Below are positions 40,649 through 49,900 of a stretch of DNA of 64,000 nucleotides, one piece after another. The stretch is from assembly GCA_002256005.1 (NCBI GenBank), contig NKIQ01000017.1:5040-69039 (forward strand). Direction: 5' to 3'. Source of the DNA: Alphaproteobacteria bacterium PA4 (lineage in GTDB: Bacteria; Pseudomonadota; Alphaproteobacteria; Sphingomonadales; Sphingomonadaceae). Position 1 is the stretch's first letter; each line of letters begins with the position of its first letter. A program made the translations under genes and the position numbers. Below the pieces are notes generated by a model, which saw only the letters and a program-made list of their open reading frames with translations, searched no databases and had not been told where the DNA came from.

Positions 40649-42367
40649 TTACACGCTGGCCCAGTCGCTGCAGAATTGCTGCAGGCGCGTCGACCGCATC
40701 GGCGCGGCGATCTGATAACCCTGGATGACATCGCAACCCACGGCACGCGCCGCGGCGAGTTGCTCGTCATCCTCGACGCCTTCGCAGATGACGTTGAGGC
40801 CGAGATCCTTGGCCAGGTTGATGACCGCGCGAATGACCATCTTCTCGCGCGCCGTGCCCATCAGGCCGAGCATGAAGCTGCGATCGATCTTGATGGCATC
40901 GACCGGCAACCGCGCCAGCCAGAACAGCGAGGAATAGCCGGTGCCGAAATCATCGAGGGCGATGCGGACGCCCAGCGCCCGCAGCCCCTCCAGCACCCGC
41001 GCCGCGGCATCGATGTCCCCGATCAGCGCGCCTTCCGTCACTTCCAGCATCAGCCGGTCACAGGACAGGCCGGAGTTGGCGATGGCGGCGGCCAGCGCCT
41101 CGGTAAAGCCGGGGTCGGCCAGGTCGGCGGCGGTGACGTTCACCGAAAGCTTGATGTCGGCCAGCGAGCCGTTCCAGCGCGCGGCCTCGGCCATCGCCTG
41201 TGCCCGAATATGGCGACCGAGCTTGATGGCAAGGTCGGCAGCCTCGGCCGTCTGCAACAGCGTTTCCGCCGGCAGCACGCCCTGTAAGCGATGATCCCAG
41301 CGCGCCAGCGCCTCGACACCCGTCAACCGACCATTGCCCAGCGTCAATTGCGGCTGATAAATCAGCATGATGTCGCCATCGTCGATGGCCTTGTGCAGAT
41401 CAGCGACCAGGTTGGCGCGCCGTGTCAGCGGATCCCCCATCGGATCGGGGCGGAACATGACAATGCTGCCGGCGTCACCCGTCCGCGCTTCGGACAGGGC
41501 CGCGCTGGCCTGGCGGACCAGCACCTCGGCATCCAGGACATTGTTCTGCAAGACGTTGCTGGCAATGCCGATACGCGCCGACAGGTGCAGCACATGGTCA
41601 CCGATGACGAAGGGATCGGCAAAGCAGGCAATGACCGTATCGGCGAGCTGCATGATCGTCGTCATGCGCAATTCACCCGACAGGCCGATGGCGAATTCGG
41701 CAGCGGCCAGCCGCGCCAGCCAGAGCGCCGATGCCGGATCGGCCTGCACCAGCGCCGACAGCCGGGCGGCAACGGCGCTCAGCGCCTGATCGGCGACGCC
41801 GCGGCCATAGGCGGCGTTGATCGCGGCAATCCGGCCGATCCCGATGGCGAGCACGAACACCGACGGCTTGGCGGCGTCCGCCAGGGCACCGGCGACATGG
41901 TCCTGCAACTGATCGCCGCTGGCGAGGCCGGTCAGCCGATCCCGGTCTTCATCAAAATCGGTGCGCTGCGATTCGACATCGGCGAGGCGGCGGGTGTTGC
42001 GCACCGTCAGGCGCACGGCATTGCCAAAGGCCTCGCCCCCGAACGGGCTGACGAGGACGCTGGTGGCGCCGGCATCCTGCGCCGCGGCCGCAGCGCCGGC
42101 ATCGCTGCGCGACAACAGCACGAGCAGGCCGCCACGCCGGGCCTCGACCTCCGGCCCCAGCGCTGCCGCCGTGGTCAGGCCGGGTTCCAGCGCGCCGCGC
42201 GCATCGACGACAACGACCTTCAACTGGCTGTCGGTGAAGCGCGAAATGGCCGACTGGCCGCGTCGCTCGATGATCGGCGTGAAACCGCTGACGGCGACCG
42301 CCGATGCGACATCATCCGCATAACGCGGTGATACGATCAGAATCTGCTCGACGCCGGCTGCGGCCAT
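40649..42367 (-). CDS. signalling protein: REC-like N-terminus, degenerate GGDEF (AAAEF), intact EAL phosphodiesterase domain
   Basis: EAL-domain motifs GVEALARW, DDFGTGYSSL, KIDRSF and EGVEDDEQL. The GG(D/E)EF position reads RLAAAEFAI. Confidence 0.8.
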   Translation of the reverse strand: MAAAGVEQILIVSPRYADDVASAVAVSGFTPIIERRGQSAISRFTDSQLKVVVVDARGALEPGLTTAAALGPEVEARRGGLLVLLSRSDAGAAAAAQDAGATSVLVSPFGGEAFGNAVRLTVRNTRRLADVESQRTDFDEDRDRLTGLASGDQLQDHVAGALADAAKPSVFVLAIGIGRIAAINAAYGRGVADQALSAVAARLSALVQADPASALWLARLAAAEFAIGLSGELRMTTIMQLADTVIACFADPFVIGDHVLHLSARIGIASNVLQNNVLDAEVLVRQASAALSEARTGDAGSIVMFRPDPMGDPLTRRANLVADLHKAIDDGDIMLIYQPQLTLGNGRLTGVEALARWDHRLQGVLPAETLLQTAEAADLAIKLGRHIRAQAMAEAARWNGSLADIKLSVNVTAADLADPGFTEALAAAIANSGLSCDRLMLEVTEGALIGDIDAAARVLEGLRALGVRIALDDFGTGYSSLFWLARLPVDAIKIDRSFMLGLMGTAREKMVIRAVINLAKDLGLNVICEGVEDDEQLAAARAVGCDVIQGYQIAAPMRSTRLQQFCSDWASV

Positions 42368-42538
42368 GTCGATTCCTTGCTGCCCTGCGGGGGATGAGCG
42401 CCATGCAACAGTAACCATTTCTTCAGCTTAGGCCAGTGCTGCGTGGCGCGAAACCCGCGTTGCGACAGTCCGCCCCAAATTGGGGCATGAAAGCCGGGGC
42501 TGGACTTCCGGGGTCGCCATCGCCACGTTGCGGCCGAC

Positions 42539-43585
42539 ATGACCGCCACCGCAACTCTCGCCCCGTCCGCTGGCGCACTGGCACCTGCCGCGCCGCTGGT
42601 CGATCCCTTCGGCCGTGCCATTTCCTATCTGCGCGTTTCGGTCACCGATCGCTGCGATTTCCGCTGTGTCTATTGCATGCCGGAGGCGATGACCTTCCTG
42701 CCCAAGGCGGAGGTGTTGAGCCTGGAGGAGATCGACCGACTCGCCTCCGCCTTCATCCGGCGCGGCACCCGCAAGCTGCGGCTGACCGGTGGCGAACCGC
42801 TGGTGCGGCGCGGGATCATTGACCTGGTGCAGGCGCTGGGCCGCCATCTGAAGTCCGGCGCGCTCGACGAGCTGACGCTGACCAGCAACGGTTCGCAGAT
42901 GGCGCGCCATGCCGAGGCGCTGTTCGCCGCCGGCGTGCGCCGCGTCAACATCAGCCTCGATACGCTGGATGCCGACAAATTCGCCGCCATCACCCGCTGG
43001 GGCCGGCTTTCGCAGGTGCTCGACGGCATCGCCGCTGCCAAGGCCGCCGGGCTGCATGTCAAGCTCAACATGGTGGCACTCGCCGGCGTCAACGATACCG
43101 AGGTCGAGGCGATGCTGGCCTATGCAGCACGCGACGGCCATGATCTGGTGCTGATCGAAACCATGCCGCTCGGCGAAATCGGCGTCGATCGGGTCGATCA
43201 TTATCTGCCGCTGTCGCGGGTCCGCGCCGATCTGGAACAGCGCTGGACGCTGCACGACCTGCCCGACAATACCGGCGGCCCGGCCCGCTATGTCCGCATC
43301 GGTGAAACCGGGCAGCGGCTGGGCTTCATCACGCCGCTGACCCATAATTTCTGCGAAAGCTGCAACCGCGTCCGGCTGACCGCCACCGGCCAGCTCTACA
43401 TGTGCCTGGGCCAGGATGATGTCGCCGATCTGCGCCGGGTCGTGCGCGCCAGCCCCGATGATACCGACCTCGACGCGGCGCTGACCGAAGCCATCAGCCG
43501 CAAGCCCAGGGGCCATGATTTCGTCATCGACCGGCGAGCCGCCGCCCCGGCCGTCACCCGGCACATGAGCGTCACCGGTGGCTGA
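42539..43585 (+). CDS. moaA: GTP 3',8-cyclase (molybdenum cofactor biosynthesis protein A)
   Basis: Radical-SAM [10 protein letters not shown], and a C-terminal [20 protein letters not shown] cluster. Confidence 0.9.
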   Translation: MTATATLAPSAGALAPAAPLVDPFGRAISYLRVSVTDRCDFRCVYCMPEAMTFLPKAEVLSLEEIDRLASAFIRRGTRKLRLTGGEPLVRRGIIDLVQALGRHLKSGALDELTLTSNGSQMARHAEALFAAGVRRVNISLDTLDADKFAAITRWGRLSQVLDGIAAAKAAGLHVKLNMVALAGVNDTEVEAMLAYAARDGHDLVLIETMPLGEIGVDRVDHYLPLSRVRADLEQRWTLHDLPDNTGGPARYVRIGETGQRLGFITPLTHNFCESCNRVRLTATGQLYMCLGQDDVADLRRVVRASPDDTDLDAALTEAISRKPRGHDFVIDRRAAAPAVTRHMSVTGG

Positions 43586-44351
43586 CCTCAAGCTCGCATT
43601 GCTGGTGTCGGACTCCGATGTCGCGGAAGCCGCCGGCGCCGCGCTGCGCGAACGCTATGCGTTTGTCAGCGTCCGGGACGCCGATGTCGTCGTGGCACTC
43701 GGCGGCGATGGCTTCCTGCTGCACACGCTGCACGAAGCGCTATCGGCAAGTGCGCCCAAGCCGATGTTCGGCATGAACCGGGGCACTGTCGGCTTCATGA
43801 TGAACGAATTCGATGATGGGGATTTGCCGGCGCGCATCGCTGCGGCCCGCACCTTCACCCTGCACCCGCTGCTGATGACAGCGCTGACGGTGCGTGGTGA
43901 AACCATCACATCACCGGCGATCAACGAGGTGTCGCTGCTGCGCGAAACCCGCCAGACCGCCAAGATCGAGATCGCCATCGATGGCCAGGTGCGCATGGAG
44001 GAACTGATCTGCGATGGCGTGCTGGTGGCGACGCCGGCGGGTTCCACCGCCTATAATCTGTCCGCCAACGGCCCCATCCTGCCGCTGCAATCCGACCTGC
44101 TGGCGCTGACGCCGATCAGCCCGTTCCGCCCGCGGCGCTGGCGCGGCGCTCTGCTGCCCCAGGCCAGCGTCATCGAGTTTCGGGTCCGCGAAGCCCGCAA
44201 GCGCCCGGTCAGCGCCGTTGCCGACCAGCGCGAGGTCCGCGATGTCGATTGCGTGCGCATCGTCACCGACAAATCGATCAGCCTGCAATTGCTGTTCGAC
44301 CCCGGCTATGCCCTGGATGACCGCATCGTGCTGGAACAATTCGCGAGTTGA
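43578..44351 (+). CDS. nadK: NAD kinase
   Basis: [12 protein letters not shown] and [18 protein letters not shown]. The GTG start overlaps the end of moaA. Confidence 0.9.
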   Translation: MADLKLALLVSDSDVAEAAGAALRERYAFVSVRDADVVVALGGDGFLLHTLHEALSASAPKPMFGMNRGTVGFMMNEFDDGDLPARIAAARTFTLHPLLMTALTVRGETITSPAINEVSLLRETRQTAKIEIAIDGQVRMEELICDGVLVATPAGSTAYNLSANGPILPLQSDLLALTPISPFRPRRWRGALLPQASVIEFRVREARKRPVSAVADQREVRDVDCVRIVTDKSISLQLLFDPGYALDDRIVLEQFAS

Positions 44352-44405
44352 TGAAAGCGGCTTGCAGCCCGGCCAGCACCCCGCTATAGCCGCGCCCTCG
44401 CGCTG

Positions 44406-44480
44406 TTCCTCGGTAGCTCAGCGGTAGAGCATTCGACTGTTAATCGAATGGTCGCAGGTTCGAATCCTGCCCGGGGAGCC
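44406..44480 (+). tRNA. tRNA-Asn (anticodon GTT)
   Basis: 75 nt. Acceptor stem TCCTCGG/CCGGGGA, D-arm GTAGCTCAGCGGTAGAGC, anticodon loop CTGTTAA, T-arm GGTTCGAATCC, encoded CCA end. Confidence 0.9.
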
Positions 44481-44613
44481 AGCGCGTTTTCTTGCGCGCC
44501 AGACGGGTTGTGCGCGTGCGCATCGGCGAACGCCCGGTGGCGTTACCATGGTTCCCCACAGGCAATTGCTGCGCCAAGGGTGCTGGGCTGAATCGACATT
44601 CGAGGTTGAAGCG

Positions 44614-44741
44614 GCCTCCGGCGGCTGGGGCCGTAGGCCCCAGACCCCATTTCGCTTTCATCTGGCCTGAAAAGCCGCCTGTGGTGCCATGCGGTAGCCA
44701 GTAAATGGGGTCTGGGGCCTGCGGCCCCAGCCGCCGGAGGC
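44614..44741. repeat. family-A composite palindromic element (128 bp)
   Basis: Left unit at 44614-44648 and right unit at 44707-44741, with a 58-nt core. It lies between tRNA-Asn and the 3' end of pbpC. Confidence 0.9.
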
Positions 44742-44798
44742 TCTACTTTATTCGCAATCAGCGCTCACAATGGCTGAAATGCTGAATGTCGATACAGC

Positions 44799-46913
44799 CT
44801 AGCGCACCGTGAAACGCAGTCGGTCATGAACCTGGCGACCATCGGTCAGCGTCACGACATGCACACCCGGCACCGGCGACCACAGCAGGGTCAGATGGCC
44901 GTCATCGCGGCGCGCCGCCATGGCCCGGCCGTCGATCGCCAGGAACAGGCCGGGACGCGGCGCCGCCGCGCGAATCAGCACGCGTTGCCGCGCCGGCGGA
45001 ATGTCCGGGTCGATGGCCAGCACCGCGCCATCCGCTGGCGACAGCAGGCGCGGCTGCACTTCGGTTGCGGCGGCCAGCCGCATCACGGCCTGTTCGGTAC
45101 CCGCCACGAACAGTTCGTCACGCGGCGGCTCGATGGCCGGCTGCCAGGCAACATGGCGTCGGGTAACCCCGGCCGGCACGGCGAAACCGCGGCCTGGCGC
45201 CGCTGCGTGCAGCGCCAGCATGATGCGGGCCCAGGCCGGGGCCGCGCCGGTCATGCCCGACACGTCGATCATCGGATCGCCCTCGAAATTGCCCACCCAG
45301 ACGGCGACGGTGAAGCGATCCGAAAAGCCGATACACCAATTGTCGCGCATCGCCTTTGATGTGCCGGTCTTCACGGCCGCCGGGAATGGCAGGGCAAGGC
45401 CATTGTCCTCGCCAAAGGTGCCGGTCCGCGCCGAAGGGTCGGCCAATATGTCGCGAACGATGGCCGCCGCCGCCGGTGCGATCACTGCGATATCGGCCAG
45501 AACCGGCCCCGGCTGGAGTCGCAGCGGCGACCAGCGGCCTTCGCGGGCCAGCGCGCGAAAGGCGGCAGCCTGTTCGAGCAGCGTCACCTCGGCCGAACCC
45601 AGCGCCAGCGAAAAGCCGTAATAATCGCCATCGCGGCTGATGCCCTTGTATCCCACATCATAGAGCCGGTCGCGAAAGCCATCGACACCGACCAGCAACA
45701 GCGTCCGCACCGCCGGGACATTGAGGCTGTTGCCCAGCGCCGATCGCAGCGTCACCGGCCCCCGAAAGCTGCGATCATAATTCTGCGGGATATACAGCCC
45801 TGATGCCGTGTCGAGATCGACCGGCGCATCATCCAGCACCGATGCCGCCGTGAGCAGCCGCCGCTCGATGGCCAGCGCATAGAGCTGCGGCTTCAACGTC
45901 GATCCGGCCTGGCGCGGCGCCGTCACGCCATCGACCGCCGCCGCCGTTGACGCCGGCCCGGCGGAGCCGACCCAGGCGAGGATGTCGCCACTGGCATTGT
46001 CGACGACGATGGCGGCGCCGTCGCGGACATTGCGCGGTGACAGGGCCGCCAGTTGCCGGCCAAGCGCTGCGGTGACCAGCCGCTGGATATCGAGATCGAT
46101 GGTGGTGCGGACCGTGCCGGTCGTGCCCTGCGGCAGCAGGCGTGCGGCCAGCTGTGGCGCCAGCCCGGGCCCGCTGATCGGATCGCGCGGACCGAGCATG
46201 GCGGCAGCACTGACATAAAGGCTGGGGCAGGCCAGATCGGGCGCCGCCCGGCAGGCCCGTGCTGCAACGACCGCGAAGGGAGCCGACGGCCCGCGCGCCA
46301 GCGCCGTCAGCACAGCCGCCTGCGCCGCATCGAGGCCGGCCGGCGAACGCCCTGCCAGTCCGCGCGCTGCGGCGTCGATGCCGACCAGGTCGCCGCGAAA
46401 CGGCAGCAGGTTGAGCCAGGCCTCGAGGATCTGCGCCTTGCTCCATTGCCGTTCGATCGCCATGGCGGCGCGCGCCTGCAGCAGCTTCTGTCGCCAGGAT
46501 CGGTCACCGGCCGTGCCCAGCGCCGGATCGAGCAGTGCCGCCAGCTGCATGGTGATGGTGCTGGCGCCGCGCCCGGAACGACCGCGCACCCGATCCCGCA
46601 GCGCCCCGCCGACCGCCTGCCAGTCAACGCCATGATGATCGTGGAAACGGCGATCTTCGGACGCGATAATGCGATCGACAAGGGCGCTGCTGATCTGCGC
46701 GCGCGGCACCCAGGCGAGGCGCCGCACGGCGGGATCGGTACGGCGGGTTTCGAGCAGCCGCCCATCGCGGGCGAGCAACTGCGACTCGCTGCTCGTGCTT
46801 CCGGCGCGCACATCGGCGAACCGCGGCGGCGTCTGCGGCATGGTCACCAGAAACGGCCCGACGGCGGCAACGGCCAGCAGCGCCAGTGCGACGCGCATCC
46901 GGACCTTCAGCAT
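44799..46913 (-). CDS. pbpC: penicillin-binding protein 1C (transglycosylase/transpeptidase)
   Basis: GT51 motif EDRRFHDHHGVD, transpeptidase AGSTLKP, about 700 aa. Lies directly downstream of the alpha-2-macroglobulin gene. Confidence 0.85.
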   Translation of the reverse strand: MLKVRMRVALALLAVAAVGPFLVTMPQTPPRFADVRAGSTSSESQLLARDGRLLETRRTDPAVRRLAWVPRAQISSALVDRIIASEDRRFHDHHGVDWQAVGGALRDRVRGRSGRGASTITMQLAALLDPALGTAGDRSWRQKLLQARAAMAIERQWSKAQILEAWLNLLPFRGDLVGIDAAARGLAGRSPAGLDAAQAAVLTALARGPSAPFAVVAARACRAAPDLACPSLYVSAAAMLGPRDPISGPGLAPQLAARLLPQGTTGTVRTTIDLDIQRLVTAALGRQLAALSPRNVRDGAAIVVDNASGDILAWVGSAGPASTAAAVDGVTAPRQAGSTLKPQLYALAIERRLLTAASVLDDAPVDLDTASGLYIPQNYDRSFRGPVTLRSALGNSLNVPAVRTLLLVGVDGFRDRLYDVGYKGISRDGDYYGFSLALGSAEVTLLEQAAAFRALAREGRWSPLRLQPGPVLADIAVIAPAAAAIVRDILADPSARTGTFGEDNGLALPFPAAVKTGTSKAMRDNWCIGFSDRFTVAVWVGNFEGDPMIDVSGMTGAAPAWARIMLALHAAAPGRGFAVPAGVTRRHVAWQPAIEPPRDELFVAGTEQAVMRLAAATEVQPRLLSPADGAVLAIDPDIPPARQRVLIRAAAPRPGLFLAIDGRAMAARRDDGHLTLLWSPVPGVHVVTLTDGRQVHDRLRFTVR

Positions 46914-46942
46914 GGCGCGTCAACCCGCGCGGCGGACGGCCA

Positions 46943-49900
46943 TCACGGCGCCGGGGCCACGACCAGCGGCGCGTTGGGGAGCATCGCCATCATGTCAGGC
47001 GCGTACAGCGCCTCGACACGCGTCGGCGGCAGGCGGAAGCTGCCGACGCTGCCCAGCCGCAGCGTGTAATCATAGATGACCGGCGCACGGGTCAGCGCCG
47101 CATAATGGGCATGAACGGCATCCCCACGCCGCTCGACAAAGCTGGGCGGCATGCCGTTGCCACTGCCCTCGGCGTCGGCCAGCAACTGCGATCGCCCGCC
47201 CAACGTGCCGCCGAGGATAGTAGCGCCCGCCGGCACCGGATCGTTGATCACCACCCATTCTGCCGGTGCGCGCGGCGTGATGGTCAGGCGCACACGCATG
47301 ACATCCCCACGGCTCCACTGCCCCGGCACCGCCTGGGTGACGGGGCTGACCTGCCGGCTGAGCCCGAAACCACTGGCGAAGGCCTTGGTCAGCGGCACGG
47401 CCGCCCGGGCGGTCACCATCACCCAGGGGGCGCCCGCGCCGGTGTGACGCACGCCGAGCGACGCCGTGCCGACCGGCCAGGGCAAGATCTGCGGCGCCGG
47501 CGTGCCGGCCCAGTCGAAACTGCGCTGCTGCCCGCCCAGCGCGACGCGGGTGGCACCGGTCACCGGCGCTGCCTCGAACGCGCGCTGGAAATCGCGAACC
47601 GCCAGCGTGCCGAGCGCATTGGCCGGAGTCGTGTCCCAATGTCCGCGGCGCTGCGCCAGCATCAGGGCGCGGGCGATGCGCGGCGCCTCGCTGCGCCAGG
47701 CCGGCCGGCGCACGGCCAGCGCGAGCAATTGCGCCGCCGTTGCATCCGGGCTGGCGAGCAGCTGGAACGGCGCATCGCTGCGGTTGAGGCGCAAAGTCGT
47801 GCCCTGCACATCCAGCCGTGCGCGCAGCACCGCCTCGGCCTGCGCCATGCGGGCGGCACCGCCCGGCACCGGCAGCCGTTCGAGCAGCCCGATCCAATCG
47901 ATGACGGTGACCGTCGGCCAATTGTCCGGCGTGACGTTCAGCGGTTCGAGCATCGTCGGGCGGGCCGCGCCAACCGCCGCCAGGGCCGAGACCGCCGTGA
48001 CCAGCCGCACCGGCTCGTCGCCCGACAGGTCGGCGCGTGTCGCCCGGCCGCTGCCCTTGTCCACCACCAGCACATCGGCATGACTGCGCACCACCCGGCC
48101 CATGACGAAGCCGGTCAGTCCCGCAATCATCGGCGCCCGCGCCGTTTCGGGCAGCGGCCAGCCACTGGCCGCCGACAGGCGCAGGACATAGGCGGTCAGA
48201 GCATCATCACCGGCGATCCAGTCCGCCGGGAAGAACCGCACAAGGCCATTGCCATCGAGATAGCCGGGCAGCGCTGCCGCCGCCCGGTCCCAGCCGGCGC
48301 GGTCGCCCAGCGCAACGGCGCGGGACAATTGCTGCTCGATACAGTCATAGGGATAGGCGGCCATATAGGCACGCACACCGGGCAGGTCGCCGCCCAGCGA
48401 GCCGCTGAGCGCGACGGTTACCCCGCCCTGCCCCGGCAGGGCACCGGCGGGGCTCGCCATCGGCAGCGCCGACCCGCCCGCCTGGAAGAAACTGGCCTGC
48501 CAGGTTTCGACCGGGACCGCCGGTGTGATGGTCTGGGTCACCGCCACCTGATCGGTCTGGCCGCCGGCTGCATGGGCGGCAATCTGCCAGACGATGCGCC
48601 CCGGCGCCGGTGCCACCACACGCCAGGCCGCCGTCTGCGCCCCACCAGCGGGGATGGTCAGATCGAGCGGCGGCAGGCGCAGCGTCCCGGCACTGCCGGT
48701 CAGGCGCACCCGCATCGGCGCGGTGGTGGTGTTGCGCGCCAGCACCGTGGCGACATAGGCATCGCCATCGCGCGCAAAGGGCGGGATGCCCGGCAACAAT
48801 TGCAGATCCTGCGTCGTTCGGATTGTCGTCATGCCGGTGCCGAACAGATCATTGCCGGCGGTGGCGACGGCGACCAGCCGGAAACCGGAGAGCGAGTCAT
48901 TCAGCCGCAAGGGCACCAGCGCCTGGCCGCGCGCATCGAGCCGCACACGGTCGCGCCAGACCAGCACCGGGTTGAAATCGCGCCGCACCAGCGCGGCGCC
49001 ACTGCCGCCGCCGCCGCCGGCCGCCACCGCCTTGCGGCCATAGTGCCGCTTGCCGACGACCTGCGTCTGCGCCGTCGCGAAGCTGACGCCCAGGGGCCGC
49101 TCCGCCATCATCGCGCTCAGCACGTCCCAGCTGTCATTGGGCTGCAATTGCAGCAGGGCTTCATCGACAGCGGCAAAGGCAATCTCGGCATCGCGCGGCA
49201 AGGCGCGGCCCTTGGGCGGGATAACGGTGACCTTGGCCCCTGCCGCACTGCGCACCGGATAGCTTGGCCGGTCGCTGGCGACGGTGACGCCCAGCCGGTT
49301 GCGCTCCCAGCCCACCGTCAGCCTGGCCATGCCGAGCCGGTAGCTGGGCTTGGCGAGATCAACGAGGGCGGTCGGCGAAGCGGCTTCGCGGCTGAGCCAT
49401 GGCAGGTTCCAGCGCCGGGCCAGATCCGCCAGCCACAGCCGCCAGCCGGCGACGCGGCCGCGCACCGCCAGCACCGAGACATAGACATCGGGCGCATAGC
49501 CGGGCTTCATCGCCACTTCGACAACCGGATCCTTGCCGGACAAGGTCGTCACGAAACTGTCGATGACGCCGTCGCGCATGACCGTCACCAGCGCGGTGGC
49601 GCTGCGGAACGGCATGCGCACCTGCAGCCGCGCGATGCCATTGGCGGCCAGCCTCGCGTTTTCCGGGACGACATCCATGCGGTCGCCATTGTCGCCGCCG
49701 AACCACCAGTCATCATCGCCGGCCAGCCACACCGAGGTCGAGGCCCGGGCCGTGCGCCCGGCGGCGTCGCTGACGTCCGCCACCGCCAGCACCTCGCCCG
49801 AAATCCCGGCATCGAGACGGCAGCCGAGCCGGCCCTGCGCATCGCTGGTGCCGGTGCAACCGCTGCCGATCTCGCGGGTTTCCCGGCTGTTGTCATAGGC

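Noticed and set aside
42419-42538. Possible Moco riboswitch upstream of moaA.
   Set aside because: A small hairpin (GCCCCA-AAT-TGGGGC) is present. I could not find the conserved Moco-motif core elements by eye. A covariance-model scan (Rfam Moco_RNA_motif) would be decisive.
44481-44798. Genomic island or integration scar at the 3' end of tRNA-Asn.
   Set aside because: There is no integrase, no direct repeat of the tRNA 3' end, and only a 128-bp family-A repeat before the next chromosomal gene (pbpC).
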